Origin: an uncultured Actinomycetota bacterium
GTDB lineage: Bacteria > Actinomycetota > Actinomycetes > S36-B12
Assembly: GCA_963749905.1 (NCBI GenBank)
Contig: CAVVOF010000003.1
Span: 642,806-706,805 of the forward strand
Length of the DNA: 64,000 nt
Reading direction: 5' to 3'
Every line of letters starts with the position of its first letter. Within the stretch, counting starts at the first letter, position 1. This document shows positions 32,361 to 40,765 of this stretch, one piece after another. Made by a program: the position numbers and the translations under genes. Below the pieces are notes generated by a model. It made no database searches and was not told the origin of the DNA. It worked only from the letters and a program-made list of their open reading frames with translations.

Positions 32361-32421
32361 CCGAGACCTGCTGGCACGGACACCAACCGCGGAACTAGGT
32401 GTCGGTGCGAGCAGGTCTCGG
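32361..32421 (+). repeat. 61-nt imperfect palindromic repeat, copy 2
   Basis: CCGAGACCTGCTGGCACGGACACCAACCGCGGAACTAGGTGTCGGTGCGAGCAGGTCTCGG, flanked by complementary CCCTCCCCGC / GCGGGAGGG. It lies 11 nt after the dodecin stop and 36 nt before the GTG at 32458. Confidence 0.9.
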
Positions 32422-32457
32422 CGGGAGGGTGGGGCGGCGCTGCTGTACCGTCCAGAG

Positions 32458-34131
32458 GTGACTGACCCCGACGCCACCTTCACGTCCCTGGGCCTGCGGC
32501 CCGAATTGTTGAGCACGCTGCAGGCACTGGGCTACGAGGAGCCGACGCCGATCCAGGCCGCCACCATCCCCGTCCTCGTCAGTGGCGCCGACCTGCTCGG
32601 GCAGGCCGCGACGGGCACCGGCAAGACCGCGGCCTTCGCGCTGCCCATCCTCGAGCGGCTCGACCGTGGCGAGCGCGGTCGGGAGCCGTCGGCGCTGGTC
32701 CTGGTCCCGACCCGCGAGCTCGCGCTCCAGGTGTCCCAGGCGTTCCACAGCTACGGGCGTCAGCTCGGCGCTCGGCTCGTGGCCATCTACGGCGGAGCCC
32801 CGGCGCGCCATCAGATCGACGCCCTGCGGCGCGGCGTCGACGTCGTGGTCGCGACTCCGGGGCGGGCGCTGGACCTCATCAACCGCGGTGTGCTCCGCCT
32901 CGACAAGGTGGACACCGTGGTTCTCGACGAGGCCGACGAGATGCTGGAGATGGGCTTCGTCGAGGACATCGAGACGATCCTGGCCCTCACCCCCGACAGC
33001 CGGCAGACAGTCCTGTTCTCGGCGACCATGCCCAAGCGCATCGACAAGCTCGCCAGCCGACACCTGCGCGACCCCGAGCGAGTGTCCATCCGTGCCCGCC
33101 AGACCGCCGAGGGCGAGGTGCCGCTCGTGCGGCAGGCCGCCTACATCGTGCCCCGGCGCAACAAGGCATCCGCGCTCGGTCGCATCCTCGACGCCGAGGA
33201 CCCGGTGGCCGCCATCGTGTTCTGCCGCACCCGGGGGGCCGTCGACGAGCTCACCGACCTGCTCGTCGCGAGCGGGTACCAGGCCGAGGCCCTGCACGGC
33301 GGCCTCACCCAGGACCAGCGCGATCGCGTCATGGGTCGGCTGCGATCGGCGACCACCGAGCTCCTCGTCGCCACCGACGTCGCCGCCCGCGGGCTCGACA
33401 TCGACCAGCTGACGCACATCGTCAACTACGACCTGCCGATGAGCCCGGAGGCCTACGTCCATCGCATCGGGCGGGTGGGGCGTGCGGGTCGCGAGGGGGT
33501 GGCGCTGAGCCTGGTCGATCCGCGTGAGCGGCGCATGCTCTCGTCGATCGAGAAGTTGATCGGGAAGACGATCCCCGTCGAGCGGGTGCCGACGGCCGCC
33601 ACGGTTCGCGGCATGCGGCTCCAACGCAGCGTCAAGGCCCTCGAGGACGTGCTCGACGGCGAGCCCGACCACCTCGACCGCTACCGCGAGGTCGTCGAGG
33701 GCATGTTCGACGTGCGCGATCCCCGCGACGTCGCGCTCGCCGCGTTCGCCTTGCTGCACGAGGCGACGCAGGGGACCGCCCGCGACGACGATGACCGGGA
33801 TCTCTCCGCACCCGACGAGGGCCACGGCCGGGCCACCGGCAGGCACGAGGAGAGGCCGGCCGGATCCCCGCGCAAGGCCAGGAAGCTGAGCGGCCCGGCC
33901 AGCCGACTGTTCGTCTCGGTAGGACGCAAGGCCGGAGTGACGCCCGGGGACATCGTCGGCGCGATCACCGGCGAGGCGGGCGTCAAGGGCAAGGACATCG
34001 GCGCGATCACCGTGCACGAGATGTACTCGCTGGTCGAGGTGCCGGAGGACAAGGCCCGCAAGATCGCCAAGGCGATGAACCACTGCACCATCCGCGGGCG
34101 CAAGGTGTCCGTCCGCCTCGACCGCGGCTGA
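32458..34131 (+). CDS. DEAD-box ATP-dependent RNA helicase with DbpA-type C-terminal RNA-binding domain
   Basis: Q-motif FTSLGL...PTPIQ, Walker A AATGTGKT, plus DEAD (VLDEADEM), SAT and HRIGRVGRAG. Confidence 0.9.
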   Translation: MTDPDATFTSLGLRPELLSTLQALGYEEPTPIQAATIPVLVSGADLLGQAATGTGKTAAFALPILERLDRGERGREPSALVLVPTRELALQVSQAFHSYGRQLGARLVAIYGGAPARHQIDALRRGVDVVVATPGRALDLINRGVLRLDKVDTVVLDEADEMLEMGFVEDIETILALTPDSRQTVLFSATMPKRIDKLASRHLRDPERVSIRARQTAEGEVPLVRQAAYIVPRRNKASALGRILDAEDPVAAIVFCRTRGAVDELTDLLVASGYQAEALHGGLTQDQRDRVMGRLRSATTELLVATDVAARGLDIDQLTHIVNYDLPMSPEAYVHRIGRVGRAGREGVALSLVDPRERRMLSSIEKLIGKTIPVERVPTAATVRGMRLQRSVKALEDVLDGEPDHLDRYREVVEGMFDVRDPRDVALAAFALLHEATQGTARDDDDRDLSAPDEGHGRATGRHEERPAGSPRKARKLSGPASRLFVSVGRKAGVTPGDIVGAITGEAGVKGKDIGAITVHEMYSLVEVPEDKARKIAKAMNHCTIRGRKVSVRLDRG

Positions 34132-34143
34132 CCCCCCTTTCCG

Positions 34144-34204
34144 CCGAGACCTGCTGGTACCGACACCAACCAGCGCGGTTGGTGTAGGTACCACTAGGTC
34201 TCGG
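34144..34204 (+). repeat. 61-nt imperfect palindromic repeat, copy 3
   Basis: CCGAGACCTGCTGGTACCGACACCAACCAGCGCGGTTGGTGTAGGTACCACTAGGTCTCGG. It lies 12 nt after the helicase stop and 14 nt before the stop of the convergent gene at 34219. Confidence 0.9.
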
Positions 34205-34218
34205 CGGAAGTGGGTCCG

Positions 34219-37030
34219 CTAGGCGGGCTCGACGCACGCTTGGTACGTCGGATCCCACCAGGAGCCGGGCGGACAGGTGGGCACCACGGGTGTCGGCGTC
34301 GATGTCGGGTCGGCGCCGACGGCGAGGTTGACCCGCGCGAGCGCTGACGTGGTGCCGTCGGATCCGGTGATCGTGAAGGCGGTCTGGCTGAGCGTGGCGA
34401 CGGGGGTGCCGCTGATCACGCCCGTCTCGGTGTCGAGGGACAGTCCGCTGGGCAGGACGGGGCTGATCGAGTAGGTCACCGGACCGGTGAACCCGAACTC
34501 AGCGAGCACGGCCGTGGTGATGGGCGTCCCGACATCGACCTTCACGGTCTGCGGCGTCGGGGCGAGCCTCGCCTGCACTGCGGTCGGCCCATGGCAGGTC
34601 GCGGGGTCACCAAGCGTGAGGTCCCAGTAGTAGGCGAAGGCCTGCTGCTGGTTCGGGGACAGGTCCGACGGCACGAACGTGTCGGAGTACGGCATCGCGT
34701 ACACGCCGGACGGCTTCGGCGCTCCCGGTGCGGGAAGGCTGTAGTCGCTGTTGGACGCGGCGCGGATCACGTCGTCGTACACGTTCCACGCGTACTGCCC
34801 GGTCTTCGTCGGGTACGTCGGCTGCGCGGCCGCGTACGCGTCCGTGAGCGGGTTGCGAGTGAAGTTGACGCCCGACGCCCCGGTGTCGTTGCCGTAGGCG
34901 GAGCCCCAGTAGCCGTAGGAGAACGCCGCGATGAAGTCGCGGTAGATCGTCTTGGTCACCGTGGTCCAGCCGGTGCCGGTGAGCGCAGATCCGTTGGACC
35001 ACCCGAGCCACGCCTTGCCGGGAAGCTGCACATTGAACGGACCGTCCTGCCCGTACAGGCCGTACCCAGTGCCGCCGCGCGTGCCGGGACCATAGAGACC
35101 GGCTTGCTCAACTCGCAGGGTCGGTCCGGGCTGACCGCCGCTGACGGTGCCCGCCAGCGTCCACACTCCGCCGCTGAGGGTCGCGGTGTAGTCGAAGGCC
35201 CCGTTGCCGTACTGGGGATCCTTCTTCGTCGAGGTGACGCCGACGCTGTCCTGGACGGTCAGCGGGCCGGTAACGCTGGTCGCGTACGTCTCGACGCTCG
35301 GGTACGGCGTGGGGTACTTGGACGCACCGACGAGCCCGATCCACGTGCTGCCCCCGTCGCTCACGTCATTCAGGTCGTCGAGGGTCCATGTGCCCGGCGC
35401 CGGGGTGCTCGTCGGCAGCGTGCCGGTGTACTTCATGACCCCGCCCGTGTTCGTGCCCGTCGCCTGGTCGAACACGTACGGCGACATGTCCACTCCGGTC
35501 AGCGACAAGCCGTTGACGATGTCGACGAGGCAGCCGGTGTCGCGGTAGGAGCCGGGGATGGCGCTCTGGGACTGGTCCTTGAGGACCTGCGACATGGTGA
35601 CACCGACCTGGTCGATCATCGTGAAGTCCACGTCAAGACCGGACGCGTCGTAGGTGAACTCCGCGAACCCGTAGCGGATCGTCGACGTGGCCGGGTCCGG
35701 CGGGGCGCCGGTGAGGCTCGCATTCGAGAAGTACAGGTTCCCGGACTCGACCGGCGGGGTCAGGGTGAGCGTGGCGGAGTGGGTAGCTGCGTCGTAGCCC
35801 GGCAGTGACGTGAAGGCGGCACTGGTCAAGGTGGATCCGTTCACGCCGGTGATCCCGCCGACCGCTCCCCCACCCGAGACGTCCGCCATCACCGACAGGT
35901 ACAGGTCCCCGTCTGCGATGCCGGACGTGGCGGAGTTCGTGACCGTGACGGGAATCGCTCCCTGATACGGGGGCAGGAATGTGAAGCCCCCGGACGGGGG
36001 AACGGATGCGACCGTGTAGCCCGCAGGTCGGGAGCCCTTCTTCGGCAACGTGATGACCACGGCGCACGACGATGCGGGCACGTTCGGGACCTGGAACGAG
36101 ATGCTGGACCCGTTCGCTGCCGGCTTCAGGTTCAAGGCCGGGTACGTGGCGGTCGGATTGTCGGCCGGGCAGTAGGCGAACGTGACTGCGGTCGCCGTGT
36201 TGAGCCCACTCCCGGTAGCCGTCACCCACTGCGGATCCGTCACCTGCGTCTGTGCCCCCTCTGCTGGGGACAATGCGATGGCCGGCACCCTCGCCGCGGT
36301 ATCCACCCACACCCCGCTCGGGGTCAACGCCGTCGTATCGACGGTGTTCCCGGATGGCAGCGTGAAGGTGACGATGCACGAGGTTCCCGCCGGGACGGTG
36401 GCGAGCGTGGCGGCATCGGGGGTGACAGTCGCGCGGCTCGCAGGACTCGAGCCGATCGCGGCCACCGTCGCGGGCACCGTTACCGCACCGCAGGACAAGG
36501 ACGCGGCCGTGACGCCCGAGAACCCGGCGACATCACCCGGGCTCCGTCGGATTCGCGGTCGAGCCGATCACCATGAATGAGGCATCCCCACCCGAGACCG
36601 GCAGGATCGACGGCGCTGCACCAATGGGGGTCAGGTACGCCACGTCGGTCGCGCTGTAGGTGATCTGGCCGACGAGCAGACCCGGGGTGGTCGGCTTGGT
36701 GCGCGTGGTCACGTACAGGTCACACGTCGACGGCTCGAACGGTCCGAGCTCCGCCGTCAGTGTTCCCGCCGCCGCGTCCACCGTGACGCCGGTGACGGAC
36801 CCGGATCCGGCCACGGGCGTCCCCGAGCTCTCGCAGCCCTGAATCGTCACCGCGCTCCTGGCGACCAGTCCCGCAGCGGTGACGGTGACCTGCGTCGTGT
36901 ATCCACCCACCGCGACGATGGTGGTCGGCGAGACACTCGGCGACGGTGCCGCATGCACTGCCTGCGGCAGCGCTACCCCTCCGGCGATGAGGGCCACCGT
37001 GGCGGCGATGGCGGCAAGCACGCGGGTCAC
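34219..37030 (-). pseudogene. secreted multidomain surface protein (signal peptide, Ig-like repeats, GH64 beta-1,3-glucanase-like core, He_PIG-type Ig domain), single frameshift at 36533-36541
   Basis: The upstream ORF (signal VTRVLAAIAATVALIAGGVALPQAVHA|AP) ends ...TANPTEPG* at CCCGGGTGA. The next frame is open from there (PGDVAGFSGVTAASLSCGAVTV...) for 759 aa. 2812 nt is 3n+1. The GH64-like call rests on the LYFSN...FAEFTY...DVDFTMIDQVG and YAMPYSDTF patterns and comes from memory of the family. Confidence 0.6.
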
Positions 37031-37122
37031 GGGCACTCCTCGGACGGCATCGGACGGTAGCTGGCCCTGCAGGTCAGGTATCGGATGGCGTCGAAGCATC
37101 TCACCCGCGTGCCCCATTTCCG

Positions 37123-37183
37123 CCGAGACCTGCTGCTACCGACACCAACCAGCGCGGTTGGTGTAGGTACCACTAGGTCTCGG
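37123..37183 (+). repeat. 61-nt imperfect palindromic repeat, copy 4
   Basis: Differs from copy 3 at one base (CTGCTGCTACC versus CTGCTGGTACC). With flanks, 70/71 nt are identical. It ends 22 nt before the GTG at 37206. Confidence 0.9.
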
Positions 37184-37205
37184 CGGACGGGGCACCTACG
37201 ATCAC

Positions 37206-38282
37206 GTGATGACGTACATTGCCGCTGCGCACGGCGTGGTCGGCCCCTTCGGGTACCCGCAGGACGTCATCACCGAGGCTTTCGCCACCGTCGTCGCCCC
37301 CGACGGCGAGCAGAGACCGCTCATCGAGCGCATCCACAAGGCCACCGGGGTGCAGCACCGCAACCTGGCCATCCCACTGGAGGCCTACGCGCACCTCGCC
37401 GACTTCGGGGCGGCCAACGACGAGTTCATCCGGGTGGGCGTCGACCTCGGCGCTGAGGCGATCGAGGGGGCACTGGCCGCCGCGCACCTCGATGCCACCG
37501 ACGTCGACATGATCCTGTCCACGTCCGTCACCGGCATCGCCGCACCCTCCCTCGAGGCCATGCTCGTGCCGCGGATCGGCCTGCGGGCGGACGTCAAGCG
37601 AGTGCCGGTCTTCGGTCTCGGCTGCGTGGCCGGTGCCGCCGGGATCGCGCGACTGCACGACTACCTCGTCGGGCACCCCGACGACGTGGCCGTGCTCCTG
37701 TCCGTCGAGCTGTGCTCCCTGACCGTCCAGCGCGACGACGTGTCCATGCCCAACATCGTGGCCAGCGGCCTGTTCGGCGACGGCGCCGCCGCGGTAGTCA
37801 TGGTGGGCGACAACCGCGCCGCCCGCATGGGCCTGACCGGCCCGCGCGTGGTGGCCTCCCGCAGCCGGCTCTACCCGGACACCGAGAAGACGATGGGCTG
37901 GGACATCGGCGGCAGCGGATTCCGCATCGTGCTGTCCGCTGGCGTCGCGGATGTCATCAACCAGTACCTCGGCGACGACGTGGGCGATTTCCTGGCCGAC
38001 CACGACCTCACGACCACCGACGTGTCGCGCTGGGTGTGCCATCCGGGCGGACCACGGGTGCTGGAGGCTATGGAGTCCGCGCTGGACCTCCATGACGGTC
38101 AGCTCGACGTCACCTGGCGATCACTCGCGGCCATCGGCAATCTGTCGTCGGCCTCGGTCCTGCATGTGCTGTGCGACACCCTCGACGGGTCAGTGGACGG
38201 TGCGCCGGAGCCAGGGACCGCCGGCCTGCTGATGGCGATGGGCCCGGGCTTCTGCGCCGAGCTCGTGCTGCTGGAATGGTGA
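37206..38282 (+). CDS. type III polyketide synthase (chalcone synthase superfamily)
   Basis: The catalytic triad contexts are all present: FGLGCVAGAAG (Cys), VCHPGGPRVL (His) and IGNLSSASVL (Asn). Confidence 0.9.
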   Translation: MMTYIAAAHGVVGPFGYPQDVITEAFATVVAPDGEQRPLIERIHKATGVQHRNLAIPLEAYAHLADFGAANDEFIRVGVDLGAEAIEGALAAAHLDATDVDMILSTSVTGIAAPSLEAMLVPRIGLRADVKRVPVFGLGCVAGAAGIARLHDYLVGHPDDVAVLLSVELCSLTVQRDDVSMPNIVASGLFGDGAAAVVMVGDNRAARMGLTGPRVVASRSRLYPDTEKTMGWDIGGSGFRIVLSAGVADVINQYLGDDVGDFLADHDLTTTDVSRWVCHPGGPRVLEAMESALDLHDGQLDVTWRSLAAIGNLSSASVLHVLCDTLDGSVDGAPEPGTAGLLMAMGPGFCAELVLLEW

Positions 38283-38286
38283 GCCG

Positions 38287-38808
38287 ATGACCGGCTTCGT
38301 CCTGTTCACGATCCTGATCGCCCTCGTCGCGGTCGAGCGCGTGGTGGAGCTCGTCGTGTCGAAGCGCAACCTGCGCTGGAGCGCGGAGCACGGCGGCGTC
38401 GAGTACGGCCGGTCCCACTACCCGTACATGGTGGCGCTGCACGTGTTCCTGCTCGTCGGGGCGCTCGTCGAGGTATGGGTGTGGCAGAAGCCGCTCATCC
38501 CCGCACTGTCCTGGACGATGTTCGTGCTCGTCCTCGCGTCGCAGGCTCTGCGGTGGTGGTGCATCACCACTCTGGGCAAGCGCTGGAACACCCTCGTGGT
38601 GATCGTCCCCGGCATGCCTCGCGTCACCGGCGGCCCATACCGCTGGCTGAGCCATCCGAACTACGTGGCCGTCGTCATCGAGGGCATCGCGCTGCCGATG
38701 GTCGGGTTCGCCTGGGTCACCGCCCTGGTGTTCACCGTCCTGAACATCCCGCTGCTCGCCGTCCGCCTGCGCACGGAGAACGCCGCGCTCGCCACCCTCC
38801 CGCGATGA
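38287..38808 (+). CDS. isoprenylcysteine carboxyl methyltransferase (ICMT)-family membrane methyltransferase
   Basis: 173 aa with 4-5 TM segments and the GPYRWLSHPNYVAVVIEGIALP motif. Starts 4 nt after the PKS stop. Confidence 0.8.
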   Translation: MTGFVLFTILIALVAVERVVELVVSKRNLRWSAEHGGVEYGRSHYPYMVALHVFLLVGALVEVWVWQKPLIPALSWTMFVLVLASQALRWWCITTLGKRWNTLVVIVPGMPRVTGGPYRWLSHPNYVAVVIEGIALPMVGFAWVTALVFTVLNIPLLAVRLRTENAALATLPR

Positions 38809-39824
38809 TCGACCTGATCGTCGCGGGCGGCGGGCCCATCGGCCTGATGACCGCCATCCGTGCGCGCCTGGGCGGCCTGGACGTCACCATCGTCGAGCCG
38901 CGCACTGGACCGATCGACAAGGCCTGCGGCGAGGGCCTGATGCCCGACGCACTCGCGCGGCTGAACGCCGTCGGCGTGGATCCCGCAGGCCGTGACTTCC
39001 ACGGCATCCGCTACGTGGCACCGGGCGCGGTCGCCGAGGCGCGGTTCCGATCCGGGACCGGTCGGGGGGTCCGGCGGCTCGAGCTGCAGTCGGCCTTGCA
39101 GCGACGGGCCGAGGAGCTCGGCGTGGGCTTCGTCAGCGGCCGCGTTGATTCGATCTCGCAGGGCGACGGATGGATCGAGGCCGGGGGCCTTCGCGCGCGA
39201 TACCTCGTGGGGGCTGACGGCCTGCACTCCGCGGTGCGCCGCGCGCTCGGACTCGGCTTGCAGTCGTCCGGCGAGCAACGGTTCGGCATCCGCCAGCACT
39301 TCGCGGTGCGGCCGTGGACGGACCTCGTCGAGGTCTACTGGCTCGACGACGCTGAGCTCTACGTGACGCCGGTGAGCGACTCGACGGTGGGCGTGGCCGT
39401 GCTTGGCCGTGCACCCTTGGACCTCGACCGCGCGATCGTTCGCGTCCCGTCCCTCGCGTCCCGCCTCGAGTCGGCGCCTCGGGCGAGCGAGTCCCGCGGC
39501 GCCGGTCCACTCCGGCAGAACGTGGCGGCACGATCCGTTGGGCGGGCGCTGCTCGTCGGCGACGCGGCCGGCTACGTGGACGCGCTCACCGGCGAGGGGC
39601 TGCGCGTCGGCTTCGTCGAGGCCGAGGCAGTCGTGCGGGCGGTGCTCGCGGACGATCCCGACCGCTACGAGGCGGACTGGCGGCGCATCACCCGCTCGTA
39701 CCGCTGGCTGACCGGGGGGCTGCTGTGGGCGGCATCCCGTCGTCGGGTGCGGCCGATGATCGTGCCCGCCGCACGGGCGCTCCCACCGGTGTTCGGCCGG
39801 ATCGTGGACTCGCTGGCCGCGTAG
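38805..39824 (+). CDS. FAD-dependent oxidoreductase (geranylgeranyl reductase/aromatic hydroxylase-like)
   Basis: MIDLIVAGGGPIGLMTAI dinucleotide fold, plus KACGEGL and LVGDAAGYVDALTGEGL. ATGA overlap with the methyltransferase gene. Confidence 0.85.
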   Translation: MIDLIVAGGGPIGLMTAIRARLGGLDVTIVEPRTGPIDKACGEGLMPDALARLNAVGVDPAGRDFHGIRYVAPGAVAEARFRSGTGRGVRRLELQSALQRRAEELGVGFVSGRVDSISQGDGWIEAGGLRARYLVGADGLHSAVRRALGLGLQSSGEQRFGIRQHFAVRPWTDLVEVYWLDDAELYVTPVSDSTVGVAVLGRAPLDLDRAIVRVPSLASRLESAPRASESRGAGPLRQNVAARSVGRALLVGDAAGYVDALTGEGLRVGFVEAEAVVRAVLADDPDRYEADWRRITRSYRWLTGGLLWAASRRRVRPMIVPAARALPPVFGRIVDSLAA

Positions 39825-39830
39825 GCGGCG

Positions 39831-40658
39831 TCAGCCCACCCGATCGCCGAGAACCGCGGTGACGATCACGAGCACCGCGACGTCGACCGCGACCATCGCC
39901 ACGATCGCCTGGAACATCGCGGCCCGACGCTGCGATCGGGAGCCGAGGACGAGCGCAGCAAGGAAGACCACGATGACGAGCAGGGCCAGCCACCGGCTGA
40001 CCTCGGCCGTGACCACGGCCAGGATCCCACTCCCAACGGCCAGCAGCACCCAGCACAGGACGATGGACCGGCGGGCGCCGAGGCGGACGACCAGTCCGCC
40101 GACTCCCGCGGCCCGGTCCGACTCGACGTCAGGCAGGGCGTTGGCCAGGTGCGCGCTCACGCCGACGATGGCGAACACGGCGACGGACCACGGTGTCGGC
40201 GGCTCCCCGTCCAGGCCGAGGGACAGGAAGGCCGGCATCGCCCCGAAGGCCAGGGCGTACGGGAGCCAGGACCACGCCGTGCGCGAGAGCCGCACGTTGT
40301 AGAGCCAGGCCATCAGGATGGCGAAGACGTGGAACGAGCCGCCCAGCCAGCCGGCCACCGCCCAGCTGAGCACGCAGGCCGCGGCGAGCGCCGTCGTGGC
40401 CGAGATCCACAGCGCCCGCGGCGACACGGCCTGAGCGACCGTCGGCTTGCTCGCCCGGCCGACGCGCGCGTCCAGGGCGGCGTCGAACGCGTCGTTGCTC
40501 CACCCCACCGACAGCTGGCCGAGGAAGATCGCGGCGAACACCGTCGCGAGTGGCCACCCCGACCAGCCCAGGCTCCACGCGAAGGCGGTGATGACCAGCG
40601 AGACGGCCAGCGTCGGCAGCGCGTGGGCAGCCGTGACGAAACCGCGGAGCCGACGCAT
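39831..40658 (-). CDS. UbiA-family aromatic prenyltransferase
   Basis: Polytopic membrane protein with the Asp-rich motif GWSNDAFDAALD. I chose the ATG at 40658 because the longer TTG start at 40706 lies inside repeat copy 5. Confidence 0.8.
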   Translation of the reverse strand: MRRLRGFVTAAHALPTLAVSLVITAFAWSLGWSGWPLATVFAAIFLGQLSVGWSNDAFDAALDARVGRASKPTVAQAVSPRALWISATTALAAACVLSWAVAGWLGGSFHVFAILMAWLYNVRLSRTAWSWLPYALAFGAMPAFLSLGLDGEPPTPWSVAVFAIVGVSAHLANALPDVESDRAAGVGGLVVRLGARRSIVLCWVLLAVGSGILAVVTAEVSRWLALLVIVVFLAALVLGSRSQRRAAMFQAIVAMVAVDVAVLVIVTAVLGDRVG

Positions 40659-40680
40659 GCCGTGAGCCTCCCACTCCGCG

Positions 40681-40741
40681 TCGAGACCTGCTGGCAACCA
40701 CACCAACCGGCGAACTAGTTGTCGGTTTCAGCAGGTCTCGG
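40681..40741 (+). repeat. 61-nt imperfect palindromic repeat, copy 5
   Basis: TCGAGACCTGCTGGCAACCACACCAACCGGCGAACTAGTTGTCGGTTTCAGCAGGTCTCGG, flanked by complementary CCCACTCCGCG / CGGGAGTGGG. It sits in the divergent region between the starts at 40658 (-) and 40766 (+). Confidence 0.9.
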
Positions 40742-40765
40742 CGGGAGTGGGTGGGAGGGTGAGGC

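Noticed and set aside
29350-40741. The idea that the five palindromes are integron attC sites delimiting gene cassettes.
   Set aside because: No integrase or attI is present. The GTTGG/CCAAC boxes sit at the centre rather than at the ends of the palindrome. The flanked genes are of mixed orientation and housekeeping-like, and the spacing is irregular.
29350-40741. Each repeat has GAGACC on the left and GGTCTC on the right. This is a pair of BsaI sites in the same arrangement as a Golden Gate drop-out cassette.
   Set aside because: The site pair is simply a consequence of the palindrome termini. The element occurs five times, with natural divergence, in native intergenic contexts. Nothing else suggests engineering.
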